In this document: piece by piece, positions 1 through 9,648 of the stretch
Numbering within the stretch: position 1 is the first letter of the stretch
Layout of the letters: each line of letters begins with the position of its first letter
Assembly: GCA_029838215.1 (NCBI GenBank)
Contig: JALGVI010000002.1
Location: 1-64,000 of the forward strand
DNA length: 64,000 bases
Direction: 5' to 3'
From: Candidatus Helarchaeota archaeon
GTDB taxonomy: Archaea; Asgardarchaeota; Lokiarchaeia; Helarchaeales; RDOG01
Made by a program: the position numbers and the translations under genes
Notes under the pieces: generated by a model
What the model was told of the DNA's origin: nothing
What the model saw: only the letters and a program-made list of their open reading frames with translations
The model's database searches: none

Positions 1-161
1 GGACAATAAAGCCAACAACGCAAACAAGTTAATTTACCCGTTTTTACCGTCAGGCATTTTTCTTCGTGGAGAATTGGGCAAAGTGTTCGCCACGATCCGG
101 TTTTTCCAGCTTCGCCTTCAGTGGGAAATGCCACAGATGAGATCGGTCGTTCTTCATCCAT
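1..161 (-). CDS. porD: Pyruvate/2-oxoacid:ferredoxin oxidoreductase delta subunit (partial, runs off window start)
   Basis: My translation from the ATG at 161-159, which overlaps the porG stop: MDEERPISSVAFPTEGEAGKTGSWRTLCPILHEEKCLTVKTGKLTCLRCWLYC. It has the GxWR motif and the CxxCWxYC ferredoxin motif typical of delta subunits. Not in the ORF track. Confidence 0.85.
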   Translation of the reverse strand, partial: MDEERPISSVAFPTEGEAGKTGSWRTLCPILHEEKCLTVKTGKLTCLRCWLYC

Positions 162-735
162 TATTTTCACCAAAATGCGTGATTTCGTGAGTACGGCGTG
201 CAGATTCAGCATTCTTTCCGCCATCTTTTGGAAATCGTTCCTGAATCACGGTCATGATTTGTTCGAGGGAAACAAGCTTTGTCGCCCTTATGACAGCCCC
301 GAGAATGGGTGTATTCACCACCAACAATCCCGCGGCATATAAATCTAAATCTTGAGCCACTCGAGTTGCATCAGCAGTTACAACCTTGTAACCATTAAAG
401 TGGAGTTCTTCAGGTGTCTTGGAGGAATTAAGTATAATAAGACCCTCCTTCTTAAGTCCAGCCGTAACGTTTACGTCCTTTAGAAGAGTCTCATCTAAAA
501 TGATAACGATATCGGGTTCTGTTACACTGGAACGGAGATAGATCTTGCCATCTGCAATTCTCGTCGATGCAGAAATGGGAGCACCACGCCTCTCAGCACC
601 AAACGTAGGTGAAATTGTAACGTATTTATCAGAATACGTAAAAGCAGCTTTTGCTAAAATTTGCGCGGCAGTAATGGCACCTTGTCCACCTCGACCGTGC
701 CAGCGAATTTCGATCAGATTTTTCATACGAACCAC
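154..735 (-). CDS. porG: Pyruvate/2-oxoacid:ferredoxin oxidoreductase gamma subunit
   Basis: EIRWHGRGGQGAITAAQILA, FGAERRGAP and VVNTPILGA motifs. Confidence 0.93.
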   Translation of the reverse strand: MVRMKNLIEIRWHGRGGQGAITAAQILAKAAFTYSDKYVTISPTFGAERRGAPISASTRIADGKIYLRSSVTEPDIVIILDETLLKDVNVTAGLKKEGLIILNSSKTPEELHFNGYKVVTADATRVAQDLDLYAAGLLVVNTPILGAVIRATKLVSLEQIMTVIQERFPKDGGKNAESARRTHEITHFGENNG

Positions 736-945
736 GTTTGTAGATATTTGTTTAAAACACGAGAAGAGTAATCAACAACTCTCGCAATACGTGATCTTGA
801 AATTTAAAGCCAATAATAAATTTTCCTATTTTTTATCGCAATAAATCAATTTGAAAAAAACGATTCTTAACGGAAGTTGAACAAAAAGAAATCATCTATA
901 AAACTTAAAAAAATAAAAACGTCCTTATTGAATTAGTGGATTATC

Positions 946-1659
946 ATGAATAAATTTCTTGTCATTGCCCATCGCGGAGCAAGTGGAACATCATTTGAAA
1001 ATTCGCCTTCTGCTTTCAAAAAAGCCATTGCATTGGGAGCGGAAATGATCGAAACAGATGTACAAATGACAAGTGATGGAGAATTAGTCTTAATGCACGA
1101 TAATTCACTTAAAAGATGCACGAATGTTTCGGGTAGGATTTCTAAACTAACACTTGCACGACTAAAAGACATAAAGCTTAAAAATGGAGAGGACATCTGG
1201 ACTGTTGAACGATTACTGGAAGAATCACGCGGCAAAATTCAGGTCAATCTCGAAATTAAAGCACGACATATAGAAGAGCGATTAATCAAACTCGTTAAAA
1301 AAATGGACTTGCGATCCCAAGTTCTATTCACGAACTTTAATTTTAAAAGCATTCAAAAGATCAAGCGACTTGATCCGACCTGTCGCGTGGGATTATTGAC
1401 GATATTCACCCTTCCGATAACGGCGAAAGCACTCTACTTGTCGAAACTTGTTCGAATTGGAGGGGAAGCACTCTGTCCGCAGCATGCAACAATTACTCGA
1501 AGTTTAATTCAGAAATGCCATGAAAATCGGTTGAAGGTTTTCACGTGGACAGTTAATGAAGTGGCTAGAATGAAAATGTGCAAGGAATTTGGGATTGATG
1601 GCATCATGACAGATCATCCCGAATTAGCCTTGTCATTAAGAAAAAGAGAGTCACGTTAA
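946..1659 (+). CDS. Glycerophosphodiester phosphodiesterase (GDPD family)
   Basis: IAHRGASG, ENS, IETDVQMTSDG..VLMHD, LEIK, FTWTVN, GIDGIMTDHP motifs. Confidence 0.93.
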   Translation: MNKFLVIAHRGASGTSFENSPSAFKKAIALGAEMIETDVQMTSDGELVLMHDNSLKRCTNVSGRISKLTLARLKDIKLKNGEDIWTVERLLEESRGKIQVNLEIKARHIEERLIKLVKKMDLRSQVLFTNFNFKSIQKIKRLDPTCRVGLLTIFTLPITAKALYLSKLVRIGGEALCPQHATITRSLIQKCHENRLKVFTWTVNEVARMKMCKEFGIDGIMTDHPELALSLRKRESR

Positions 1660-1660
1660 T

Positions 1661-3154
1661 TTAATAGGTAGATTTGTCAGGAAGAAATATGTCATGTGGA
1701 TGTGTTTCTTTAGTTCCTGCTTGACTTATTCCGATGAATTTTGCTTTCTCCCACATTTCTTTTATCGTGCGTGCCCCGACATAGCCCATTGCAGCTTTCA
1801 ATCCACCAATGAATTCATGTAAGACGTCAGCAACCGTTCCCCTGAAAGGTACATAACCCTCAACGCCTTCGGTGATGTCTTTTGATGGTTGACTATATCG
1901 ATCTAAGGCAAACCTCCGCTGCCTTGCCGCTTCGGAACCCATTCCGTAATATTGCTTGTAATATCGTCCTTCAAATCCGATCAAGCGCCCAGGAGATTCT
2001 GACGTTCCTGCGAAGATATTTCCAATCATGACTGCACTTGCTCCCGCACTAATGGCCAATGCAACATCACCGGGATTCTTAATGCCGCCATCAGCGATGA
2101 TCGAAACATTTCCTCCAACTTCAGATAGGGCATCTGCACAATTAGCCGTAGCGAAGAGCGTGGGTGCTCCTGCACGCGTCACGACACTCGTGCTACAAAT
2201 TGAACCCGATCCAATCCCTGCCCTTAATCCAGCAATGCCATCTAATTTCGTCAAACAATCAATTGCTGCTTCGTACGTTCCGATATTTCCAACGATCATC
2301 GGGATTGCCAGTTGTTTCAGGAGCTTTTTCGTAGCAGAAAAGCAATTTTGGTTATGAAAATGAGATACATCGGTAATAATGACATCTGCCACTTTCGCAA
2401 GTGCCATAACCCGATCAGCGTCAAATGGAGATATCGCAGCACCGCACAAGAGGGAACCATCTTTTCCACGGCTTGCGTTTGGGAATTTACCTTTTAACAT
2501 TAAATCTTTCACGGTTATTAAGCCGATCAATCTTCCATCATCGGTAACGGGAAGCTTTTCAATGCGGTGTTTATGAAGCAATTTTATGGCTTCATCTATC
2601 GAGATATCCTTTGTTGCCGTCACGACATCTTTTGTCATGACATCTTTCACCAAGAGTTTCTCAGTATCTTCTGCAAAGCGGACATCCCTACCCGTCACGA
2701 TCCCTATTAAACGCCCCTTCTCAACAACTGGAAGCCCGTTTATGCTTTTCTGATTCATCACGTCCAAAGCCCTTGCCACGGGTTCATTTTGAGAGATCGT
2801 AATGACATCGGTAATGATGAAAGATTCTGCCCGTTTCACTTTTTTTACCATTTCTACCTGTTCATCAGTAGAGCAATTTCGATGGATGAACCCTAGACCA
2901 CCCTGTCTTGCAAGAGCAATCGCCATGTTAGTTTCTGTTACGGTATCCATTGGTGAGGAGATAAATGGAATTTGCAAGGACATGTGTTCGGTAAAATTTG
3001 TCATTATATCAACATCTTCAGGTTCAACAGACGTGAAACCGGGTAATAACAATACATCATTAAAGGTTGTTGCTACGTTGGCGTGAATTTTATCTCGAAA
3101 GTGAGTTTTTGGCATTTTCAATCCCTTGAAAGCAATTTTTAACAATATAATCAA
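1661..3154 (-). CDS. guaB: IMP dehydrogenase with tandem CBS domains (true start may be the MPKTH Met, ~3115)
   Basis: TFNDVLLLPG, SSPMDTVTE, GGLGFIHRN, CBS pair, catalytic GIGSGSICST, IIADGGI, YYGMGS, EGVEG. Confidence 0.93.
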   Translation of the reverse strand: MIILLKIAFKGLKMPKTHFRDKIHANVATTFNDVLLLPGFTSVEPEDVDIMTNFTEHMSLQIPFISSPMDTVTETNMAIALARQGGLGFIHRNCSTDEQVEMVKKVKRAESFIITDVITISQNEPVARALDVMNQKSINGLPVVEKGRLIGIVTGRDVRFAEDTEKLLVKDVMTKDVVTATKDISIDEAIKLLHKHRIEKLPVTDDGRLIGLITVKDLMLKGKFPNASRGKDGSLLCGAAISPFDADRVMALAKVADVIITDVSHFHNQNCFSATKKLLKQLAIPMIVGNIGTYEAAIDCLTKLDGIAGLRAGIGSGSICSTSVVTRAGAPTLFATANCADALSEVGGNVSIIADGGIKNPGDVALAISAGASAVMIGNIFAGTSESPGRLIGFEGRYYKQYYGMGSEAARQRRFALDRYSQPSKDITEGVEGYVPFRGTVADVLHEFIGGLKAAMGYVGARTIKEMWEKAKFIGISQAGTKETHPHDIFLPDKSTY

Positions 3155-3535
3155 TAAGGCTTTTTAAAACTTCTGATGTTTTTTTTTCTAAAATGAAAAC
3201 GATACCGATTTTAAATTGCGATTTCAGTTCAAAATTCATGGACTTTAGAAAATGAAATTCATTCCTGATTTCCGAGCTCATTTTTTTCTTTGATTAAATT
3301 ACCAAAGATAATTTTTTTTGCAAATTTGCTAATTATTTAACAGGCTTTTCTTGACTTCTAACGTGACGTTAAACTTTTATGTTAAAACTTGCAATAAAAA
3401 ATTACTCCAAAAACAAAATCAGGGAAAAAAAAATTTGAGAGGTGAAGCAAGACTTTTGTCTTGCGGATGATCTTTACCAATTTTTTTCCTCGATTAGTTA
3501 GGAAAAATTAAAAAACACAAAATTGGTGAAAAACA

Positions 3536-3982
3536 ATGAGTGAAAAAGGCGGATCTTGGTTTTTTGGAATTATCATGATTTTAGCTGGTGCCCTTTTAGT
3601 CGTATTGGGAATTGCAGGTCCAATCGTTGGTCCTATTCTGGCAATAATCCCAGGATTTCAAACAGTTGCTACGAAGATTATCAATACGTTTTCAAGCGGT
3701 GCAGCAGGAATGATCACCAAAGGTGGTATGGCAGTTGTTTCAGGCATCGGATTGATTAAAGATGAAGAATGGGCTTTAGGTATGGCAATTCTTTTATTAG
3801 TCCTTGTTGTCGTTGATTCAATTAGCTATACAATCAGCTGGGCAATCACCGCAGCATTAGCAATGATGGCTCTTAATCCATTTGGTGCTATCGATCCTTT
3901 GGGCATTTTAAACGTCATTCTGTTCATTGTTGGTGTCGTAGGCATTGTCTACTTGATTCTAACGCGTGAACGGTACAGCTAA
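3536..3982 (+). CDS. Hypothetical membrane protein, ~4 hydrophobic helices
   Basis: 148-aa Gly/Ala/Ile-rich ORF with several hydrophobic stretches; no family recognised. Confidence 0.7.
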   Translation: MSEKGGSWFFGIIMILAGALLVVLGIAGPIVGPILAIIPGFQTVATKIINTFSSGAAGMITKGGMAVVSGIGLIKDEEWALGMAILLLVLVVVDSISYTISWAITAALAMMALNPFGAIDPLGILNVILFIVGVVGIVYLILTRERYS

Positions 3983-4029
3983 AACGGATTTTAACATCCA
4001 TTCTTTTATTTTTTTCTAATTTTATTTAG

Positions 4030-5106
4030 TTAATTCAACTGAAAAAGAAAAGGATATTCTGTTAGAGGATATAAATTTCCATTTTTGACTTGGTATGTAT
4101 CTTCAAGCCGAACTCCGCATTCATTTGGAATGTATATGCCAGGCTCGATCGTGAAAACGGCTCCATCAGGCATGGAAGGATCCTCAGAAAGAGGACTAAC
4201 AGCGGGTTTTTCGTGAACGTCGAGTCCAACGCCGTGTCCCAGGGAATGAATAAAATCATATCCTGCTTTGTTAATGATCGTGCGGGCAATGTAATCTAAT
4301 TCTTTGGGAGTTGTTGCATTCGTGAAACCATCTTCAGCCGCAATTTTTGCTTCTCTAACTAAATCATAAATTTTCTTTTGTCGTGAGGAAGGCTTTCCAA
4401 GGAATGCAGTCCGAGTCATGTCCATGCAGTAGCCCTCAAACGTTGCACCAATATCCATTATGATAAACTCATTTTCCTTGATTTTCCGATTTGAACAAGT
4501 GGCGTGGGGTAGTGCCGCATTTGATCCCGACGCGACGATGGTATCAAAAGCGACTTTTTGTGAACCCTGTTTTTTCATTTCATATTCAATCTCGGCAGCA
4601 ACTTCAAATTCAGTTATTCCCTCACGTAGTGCCAGAAAGCCTGCATTCATTGCACGATCAGTGATCCTTGCAGCCTCCTGTAATCGTGCAATTTCATTCG
4701 GAGTTTTAATCATTCTCATTTTGTTAATATCTTCAGAGATGTTTTCAAGCTTGACATGCTTGAATTTTTTTTCATAAACCTTGAATTCTTGGACTGTCAA
4801 ATACCCTTCTTCGATGGCAATGGTCTTGGGTTTCTGTTCTAAAATGTGTCGAGAAACAAATGTTGATATTTTTTCCTTCCCATCCATCAAAATAATTTCA
4901 AATTCAGAAGCCCTTTTGCTTGCGTCTTCGTGCTCTAGAGCAGGAACATACAACAGCTGCGTGTCAACCGTGATATAAGCATGTGCTGTTGCATGAGGCA
5001 TGTAATTCGTGAAATAAAAAATATTCTTTGGATTAGAAATAAAGGCATTACAATTCTTTTCAGTCAAAATCTTTTTCAATTCATCGAGATGAGGAATGCG
5101 CATCAC
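4030..5106 (-). CDS. Xaa-Pro aminopeptidase/prolidase (M24B)
   Basis: Creatinase-like N-domain; PH, DIGA..GYCMDMTRT, HSLGHGVGLDVHE, TIEPGIY, GVRLED metal ligands. Confidence 0.93.
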   Translation of the reverse strand: MMRIPHLDELKKILTEKNCNAFISNPKNIFYFTNYMPHATAHAYITVDTQLLYVPALEHEDASKRASEFEIILMDGKEKISTFVSRHILEQKPKTIAIEEGYLTVQEFKVYEKKFKHVKLENISEDINKMRMIKTPNEIARLQEAARITDRAMNAGFLALREGITEFEVAAEIEYEMKKQGSQKVAFDTIVASGSNAALPHATCSNRKIKENEFIIMDIGATFEGYCMDMTRTAFLGKPSSRQKKIYDLVREAKIAAEDGFTNATTPKELDYIARTIINKAGYDFIHSLGHGVGLDVHEKPAVSPLSEDPSMPDGAVFTIEPGIYIPNECGVRLEDTYQVKNGNLYPLTEYPFLFQLN

Positions 5107-5248
5107 GTCCTTGAAATTCCAACGTGTTGAGGAATTCTAACATGTAACTCAAGAAAGAAGTTAAAAATTGTAAACATATAGTTTTTAATATAAAAGTTTG
5201 TTTTTATTGAATTAAGAAAACATCAGAACAGCGACCAGCTGACCGACC

Positions 5249-6049
5249 ATGAACACGATAAAAAGTTTGTTTGATAAATTAATAAATTTTATAACAACAC
5301 CAATTAATTATATTTATGATAAAAAGCTTTGGCGGCAAATAAAGAATAAACCCTGTCCTCATCACGTGGGAATCATATTGGATGGAAACCGCAGATTTGC
5401 CCGAAGTGCTAATTTAGAAGTCTGGTTAGGTCATGAACTAGGAGCTCAAAAAGTCGAAGAAGTTCTAGCTTATTTATACGAATTGGGTATAAAAGTCGTT
5501 ACTCTTTATGCGTTTTCCACGGAGAATTTTCAGCGAAGAGCTGCTGAAGTGCAAAAAATCATGGAAATTGCAAAGCGCAAGTTTGCTGAGATCATGTCCA
5601 ACCCGATCATCCATAAATACAAGGTAAAAGTGAAGGCAATTGGGCGGACGAAACTCTTGCCCGAGGCAGTTCAGGAAACTATCCGTCAAGCAGAAACAAT
5701 AACTGAAAAATATTCCGACTTTCAATTGAATATTGCCATTGGATATGGCGGACGAACCGAAATCGTTGATTGTGTTAAAGAGATAACAAATAAAGCTCTC
5801 GAAGGCAAGATAAAACTCGATGAAATCTCGGAAGAGATGATCGGACAACACCTATACACGCGTGGAATCCCTGACCCCGACCTAATCATTCGCACGAGTG
5901 GTGAAGAGCGACTTTCGGGATTTCTACTATGGCAGAGTGCGTATTCCGAGTTATGTTTTCTGGAAGTCTATTGGCCTGAAATTAGAAAAATAGACATATG
6001 GAGAGCCATTAGAACATACCAACAACGAGAACGGCGACATGGAAAGTAA
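5249..6049 (+). CDS. uppS: cis-prenyltransferase (polyprenyl/undecaprenyl diphosphate synthase)
   Basis: HVGIILDGNRRFA, YAFSTENFQR, YGGRTEI, PDLIIRTSGEERLSGFLLWQSAYSE, C-terminal RRHG. Confidence 0.96.
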   Translation: MNTIKSLFDKLINFITTPINYIYDKKLWRQIKNKPCPHHVGIILDGNRRFARSANLEVWLGHELGAQKVEEVLAYLYELGIKVVTLYAFSTENFQRRAAEVQKIMEIAKRKFAEIMSNPIIHKYKVKVKAIGRTKLLPEAVQETIRQAETITEKYSDFQLNIAIGYGGRTEIVDCVKEITNKALEGKIKLDEISEEMIGQHLYTRGIPDPDLIIRTSGEERLSGFLLWQSAYSELCFLEVYWPEIRKIDIWRAIRTYQQRERRHGK

Positions 6050-6130
6050 TTATTAGCTTTTTTCTTGAAAAATATTCTCATAAAATCACACGTGTTACGT
6101 CCGTATTACTAAGAGATTTATGGTAAGCTG

Positions 6131-7360
6131 TTGATTTATAAGCGTGGTGAGCTTACCGTGAATTTAGGGAGTTCTAATACGCCATTTGTCCTGGTCTCGG
6201 CTTCAGACTTCATAAAGAAAATGAATAGGTTGAAATATCAAGAACAGGCAAAGGATCTACTCCAGAATTTTGCAAAAACGCAGGAATCATTTGTAAATAA
6301 GCAGGAGCTTTTTAATTTTCTTTCAATCATATCAGAAAGCATCTCTCTAAAACGTGGTCATGATAAAGTAATGCCAAAAGATACGAAGACTGCATTAGTT
6401 TTTTATTATACGCTTTCGCATTGTTCGAACATTGATAAATACATACAAGGGGACAAGACCATCATATACAAGCATGCAGAAGCAGATCCGGTTCTTCCAG
6501 AGGAAGTTCAGCTCACCCTTCCTGCTTTAAAACGGTTCAAAGTGATAAAAACACGACTCGCTTCCTTGTTAGACAAGCGCTCAATGGGAAAGCAGGAGGA
6601 GCTTGAAGCAAGCATATTGACATTGGCAAGACTTATTTCCCGCGAAAAAGAAATTTCAAGAAAGACACTTGACAGCAGTTATAATCTATTGCGAATCCTA
6701 TTGTTTCGGACACCTTTAGAAGAATTCGATGCCGCAAATGACTTTTTCCACCTACTAACATCCAGAAAACTCTTCAAAATGAACACGGTGAAGATCCAGA
6801 AAAAATTGGAAATCAGGTTCATGGATACATTTCATCATATAGAAGGAAAACGATTGGCAAAAGATAATATTTTTCCAACGCTTGAACTTGAAAGAATTGG
6901 CATCACGAAATATCCCATTAACACCCTTTTCGTCACGATGGCACAATTACACGGCTTGAGAAGGAATGTTGATCAGGTTACAGTAGATGACTATAATGAT
7001 GTCATGGAACATTTTGAACGCTTGTTGTCCAAGTTTGACTTCGAACGGCGTTATTACTCAATACGTCCATTTTGTTCAATGAAAAAATTGTATGAAAATG
7101 CGTTCAACTATGGTTTCAAGGATGATGCGAAGGAACTGATATTTCGAATCAGGCGATCGCTCACGAATTCAATGATAAACATTGTTGGTAAGCGAGAATT
7201 TCTCTTTTCGCACTCAAATTTAGTTGCAAAAATCATCACGAACATCGTCACGCTTTCTGCAATTGCCTCCTATCGGCGAATTGAGAACCATTCTGACATA
7301 ACGGTAAGAGACGTAAAGCAGGGAATCAGGGCTTTTTATTTTCTCTTAAGAGAACACTAG
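6131..7360 (+). CDS. Hypothetical all-helical protein with repeated AAA+ (MCM-type) lid-like segments
   Basis: Long ORF, no P-loop. The C-terminal FKDDAKELI...IITNIVTLSAIASYRR..DITVRDVKQGIRAF resembles an MCM AAA lid. Confidence 0.6.
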   Translation: MIYKRGELTVNLGSSNTPFVLVSASDFIKKMNRLKYQEQAKDLLQNFAKTQESFVNKQELFNFLSIISESISLKRGHDKVMPKDTKTALVFYYTLSHCSNIDKYIQGDKTIIYKHAEADPVLPEEVQLTLPALKRFKVIKTRLASLLDKRSMGKQEELEASILTLARLISREKEISRKTLDSSYNLLRILLFRTPLEEFDAANDFFHLLTSRKLFKMNTVKIQKKLEIRFMDTFHHIEGKRLAKDNIFPTLELERIGITKYPINTLFVTMAQLHGLRRNVDQVTVDDYNDVMEHFERLLSKFDFERRYYSIRPFCSMKKLYENAFNYGFKDDAKELIFRIRRSLTNSMINIVGKREFLFSHSNLVAKIITNIVTLSAIASYRRIENHSDITVRDVKQGIRAFYFLLREH

Positions 7361-8139
7361 GTCGGGAAGAAATCACTGCCCCCGAGTAGAATTCGGGACA
7401 TTTCAGCATAGAGTTTTTCCATTCCTTCACCCCTTAGGGAGCTTAGTGGAATGATCTCGTGTGTTTCACCTAATTCGTCTATCGAACGACAGAATTTAAC
7501 GGACATCTCCCTATATAAGCCCATTGATTGCAAGTTAATGTCATTCTCGAGTTTCATGAAATCGGTGGACCATTCCACGATTTTTTCAGTTTCTTCAGGC
7601 TCGATCAAGTCGGATTTTGCAAGAACGTGAATTTGTGGAACGAAAAAGCGATACTGCACGGAGGCACTCAATAGCAATGAAGATATGAAACCATTTGGAG
7701 TCCTACAAATGCTGGGATCGAGAAGAAAAACTATGCAACTACTGGTTAATTTCGGATCAACTGTCGTGACAAATGTCATTCCTGAACTTCGGTATGCGAA
7801 CACTTCCATCTGTCCGGGAATGTCAACCAGCACGTGATCGGGCTTGAGGCTTTCTATTTCTTCCTGAAGAGCAGGAGTTTGGGTAACTAGAAGATCCATC
7901 GATGCAATAAGCCCGCCATTTGGTCCCAAATTGTATTTCAGCATGATATCTTCGATGTTTATGTAGTCCCTACAATCCACGTTCGGGTCATATGGAAGCA
8001 CCTTGACGCCGGGATCTAAATTCACGGCGATCACGTTAGTGTCCTCGAAAGAATTGGTGTCAATCCACTCGAGCATTGCAGCAACCAGCGTGGATTTGCC
8101 GGAACCAGCTGTTCCTATGAAGTATGAATATATGGTCAT
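7357..8139 (-). CDS. GPN-loop GTPase
   Basis: GTAGSGKST, NLDPG, LGPNGG (GPN motif), DIPGQMEVF, KSD, SS motifs. Confidence 0.95.
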   Translation of the reverse strand: MTIYSYFIGTAGSGKSTLVAAMLEWIDTNSFEDTNVIAVNLDPGVKVLPYDPNVDCRDYINIEDIMLKYNLGPNGGLIASMDLLVTQTPALQEEIESLKPDHVLVDIPGQMEVFAYRSSGMTFVTTVDPKLTSSCIVFLLDPSICRTPNGFISSLLLSASVQYRFFVPQIHVLAKSDLIEPEETEKIVEWSTDFMKLENDINLQSMGLYREMSVKFCRSIDELGETHEIIPLSSLRGEGMEKLYAEMSRILLGGSDFFPT

Positions 8140-9024
8140 TTAACTCACACATTTCATCTTATCTTTTGGAATAATCTCGCCACCACGGGCGACTATTTTC
8201 TTTTTCAACAAGTCCAAACCTTTATCAACCAACTCGGGAGCAATATCTTTCTTGCCGACCGCAGTCACCACGAATTCAATCACGATTCTCTTATGCATGG
8301 CCTTTACGAAAGTCTTCACCCAAATGCAATCTGACTTGGTAGAAATCTCAAGCCCCGTGTGAACATCGGTTTGATTAACTTCTTTCATCACTTCATCCGA
8401 AACTTCCGTGATTTCTGATTCTATAAACCCCTCAACAAAAAAACTTTTTTCGAGGTAAATGACATCTTCATCACTTTTTTCCTTGATGAGAGAGTCTACG
8501 GAACGTCTAAAAATGCTTTTCAACTCAGCGGGAACACCCGGAAGACAAATGATGCTCGTCGTCCCATTTAGATCCTTCAGCAACACACCCGGCGCGGCTC
8601 CAAGGTGGTTTTTAAGAGGAATTGCACCTTCAGGTAAAGTCGCCATTTTTTCGCGGTATTTTGTCATGATCGCTTCTTTTATAAGTCCTATCCGTTGTCC
8701 GAATTGATAACTGCGTTCGACCTGCTTGTATGCTTCTTCATTGATCTTTAACGGTAACTCGAGGGCTTCGGACACAGCACTCAACGTCATGTCATCAAAA
8801 GTAGAACCGAGCCCACCGCTTGTCATGATAAAATCAGGTGCTCGTGCAAGTGCTTCTCGAATCACTGATGCGATGAGTCTTAGGTCATCAGGAACAGTTG
8901 TGATTCGCGTTATCTGGCAAAATAATCGTTTCGTCAGGCGTCGTGCCATCCAGCGAGCATTAGTATTCACGATTCTACCATTTACCAATTCATTTCCAGT
9001 AAAGATTAATTCTACTTTTAACAT
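8140..9024 (-). CDS. CinA-like protein (molybdopterin-binding/MoCF-type N-domain)
   Basis: GNELVNGRIVNTNA, VPDD, SGGLGSTFDDMT, GAAPG, LPGVPAEL. Confidence 0.88.
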   Translation of the reverse strand: MLKVELIFTGNELVNGRIVNTNARWMARRLTKRLFCQITRITTVPDDLRLIASVIREALARAPDFIMTSGGLGSTFDDMTLSAVSEALELPLKINEEAYKQVERSYQFGQRIGLIKEAIMTKYREKMATLPEGAIPLKNHLGAAPGVLLKDLNGTTSIICLPGVPAELKSIFRRSVDSLIKEKSDEDVIYLEKSFFVEGFIESEITEVSDEVMKEVNQTDVHTGLEISTKSDCIWVKTFVKAMHKRIVIEFVVTAVGKKDIAPELVDKGLDLLKKKIVARGGEIIPKDKMKCVS

Positions 9025-9252
9025 GATTTTATAGTCCCATCCAAGTTAATTGCTCGTCCGAGTTCCATGAAAAGATAGAGAAAAGAGGTTAAAAAATCCT
9101 TCTAATCATGGAAATTTGACAGATCTTTCCTTTCTTTTTTTGTGGAAAATTTTAAAAATCTTTTTTTTTATTCTCTATCCCGATAGTACTTAATATTCAT
9201 GTTCATGATAGAAATTAAAGATTTTTCATTTAGAGTCAAAAAGGTGTAAGAA

Positions 9253-9648
9253 TTGGCGTTAGAAGTCATCCTCATGAGTGGAAGAACCATTGACCAGGGA
9301 GCTTCACTAGAAGGTGGCAAGCTCGGTGACCCTGCCATCCTCGGAACTGGCGTTGCCTTCATGGATCCGGAGGATTTGAAGGCTATTAACTTGATGACGG
9401 GTTCACCCGTGAAAGTATCCACCAATCATGGTGAAGTAATTGTTCGAGCAAGAGCATCCCCTGATGCCCCTCACAAAGGTATCGTTTTCATTCCGATGGG
9501 CATATATGCAAATGCCGTCATCGATCCGGGAACCGATGATACAGGAATGCCATCATACAAGAATATTCCCGCGCGTGTTGAACCCGCAGACGGAGGAATC
9601 GTATTGACACCCGCTGAAATGGCAAGAAAATTGGGTCAGGTGAAATAA
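9253..9648 (+). CDS. fwdD: Formylmethanofuran dehydrogenase subunit D (molybdopterin dinucleotide-binding)
   Basis: SGRTIDQG, FIPMGIYAN, TGMPSYKNIP; abuts fwdB. Confidence 0.92.
   Translation: MALEVILMSGRTIDQGASLEGGKLGDPAILGTGVAFMDPEDLKAINLMTGSPVKVSTNHGEVIVRARASPDAPHKGIVFIPMGIYANAVIDPGTDDTGMPSYKNIPARVEPADGGIVLTPAEMARKLGQVK

Noticed and set aside
3359-3371. 13-bp palindrome TAACGT-G-ACGTTA between divergent guaB and the membrane-protein gene
   Set aside because: It may be an operator, but it is a single short instance in an ACGT-rich genome with no second copy found.
8140-9024. CinA-like protein lacking the C-terminal PncC deamidase domain
   Set aside because: This shorter form is common in archaea.
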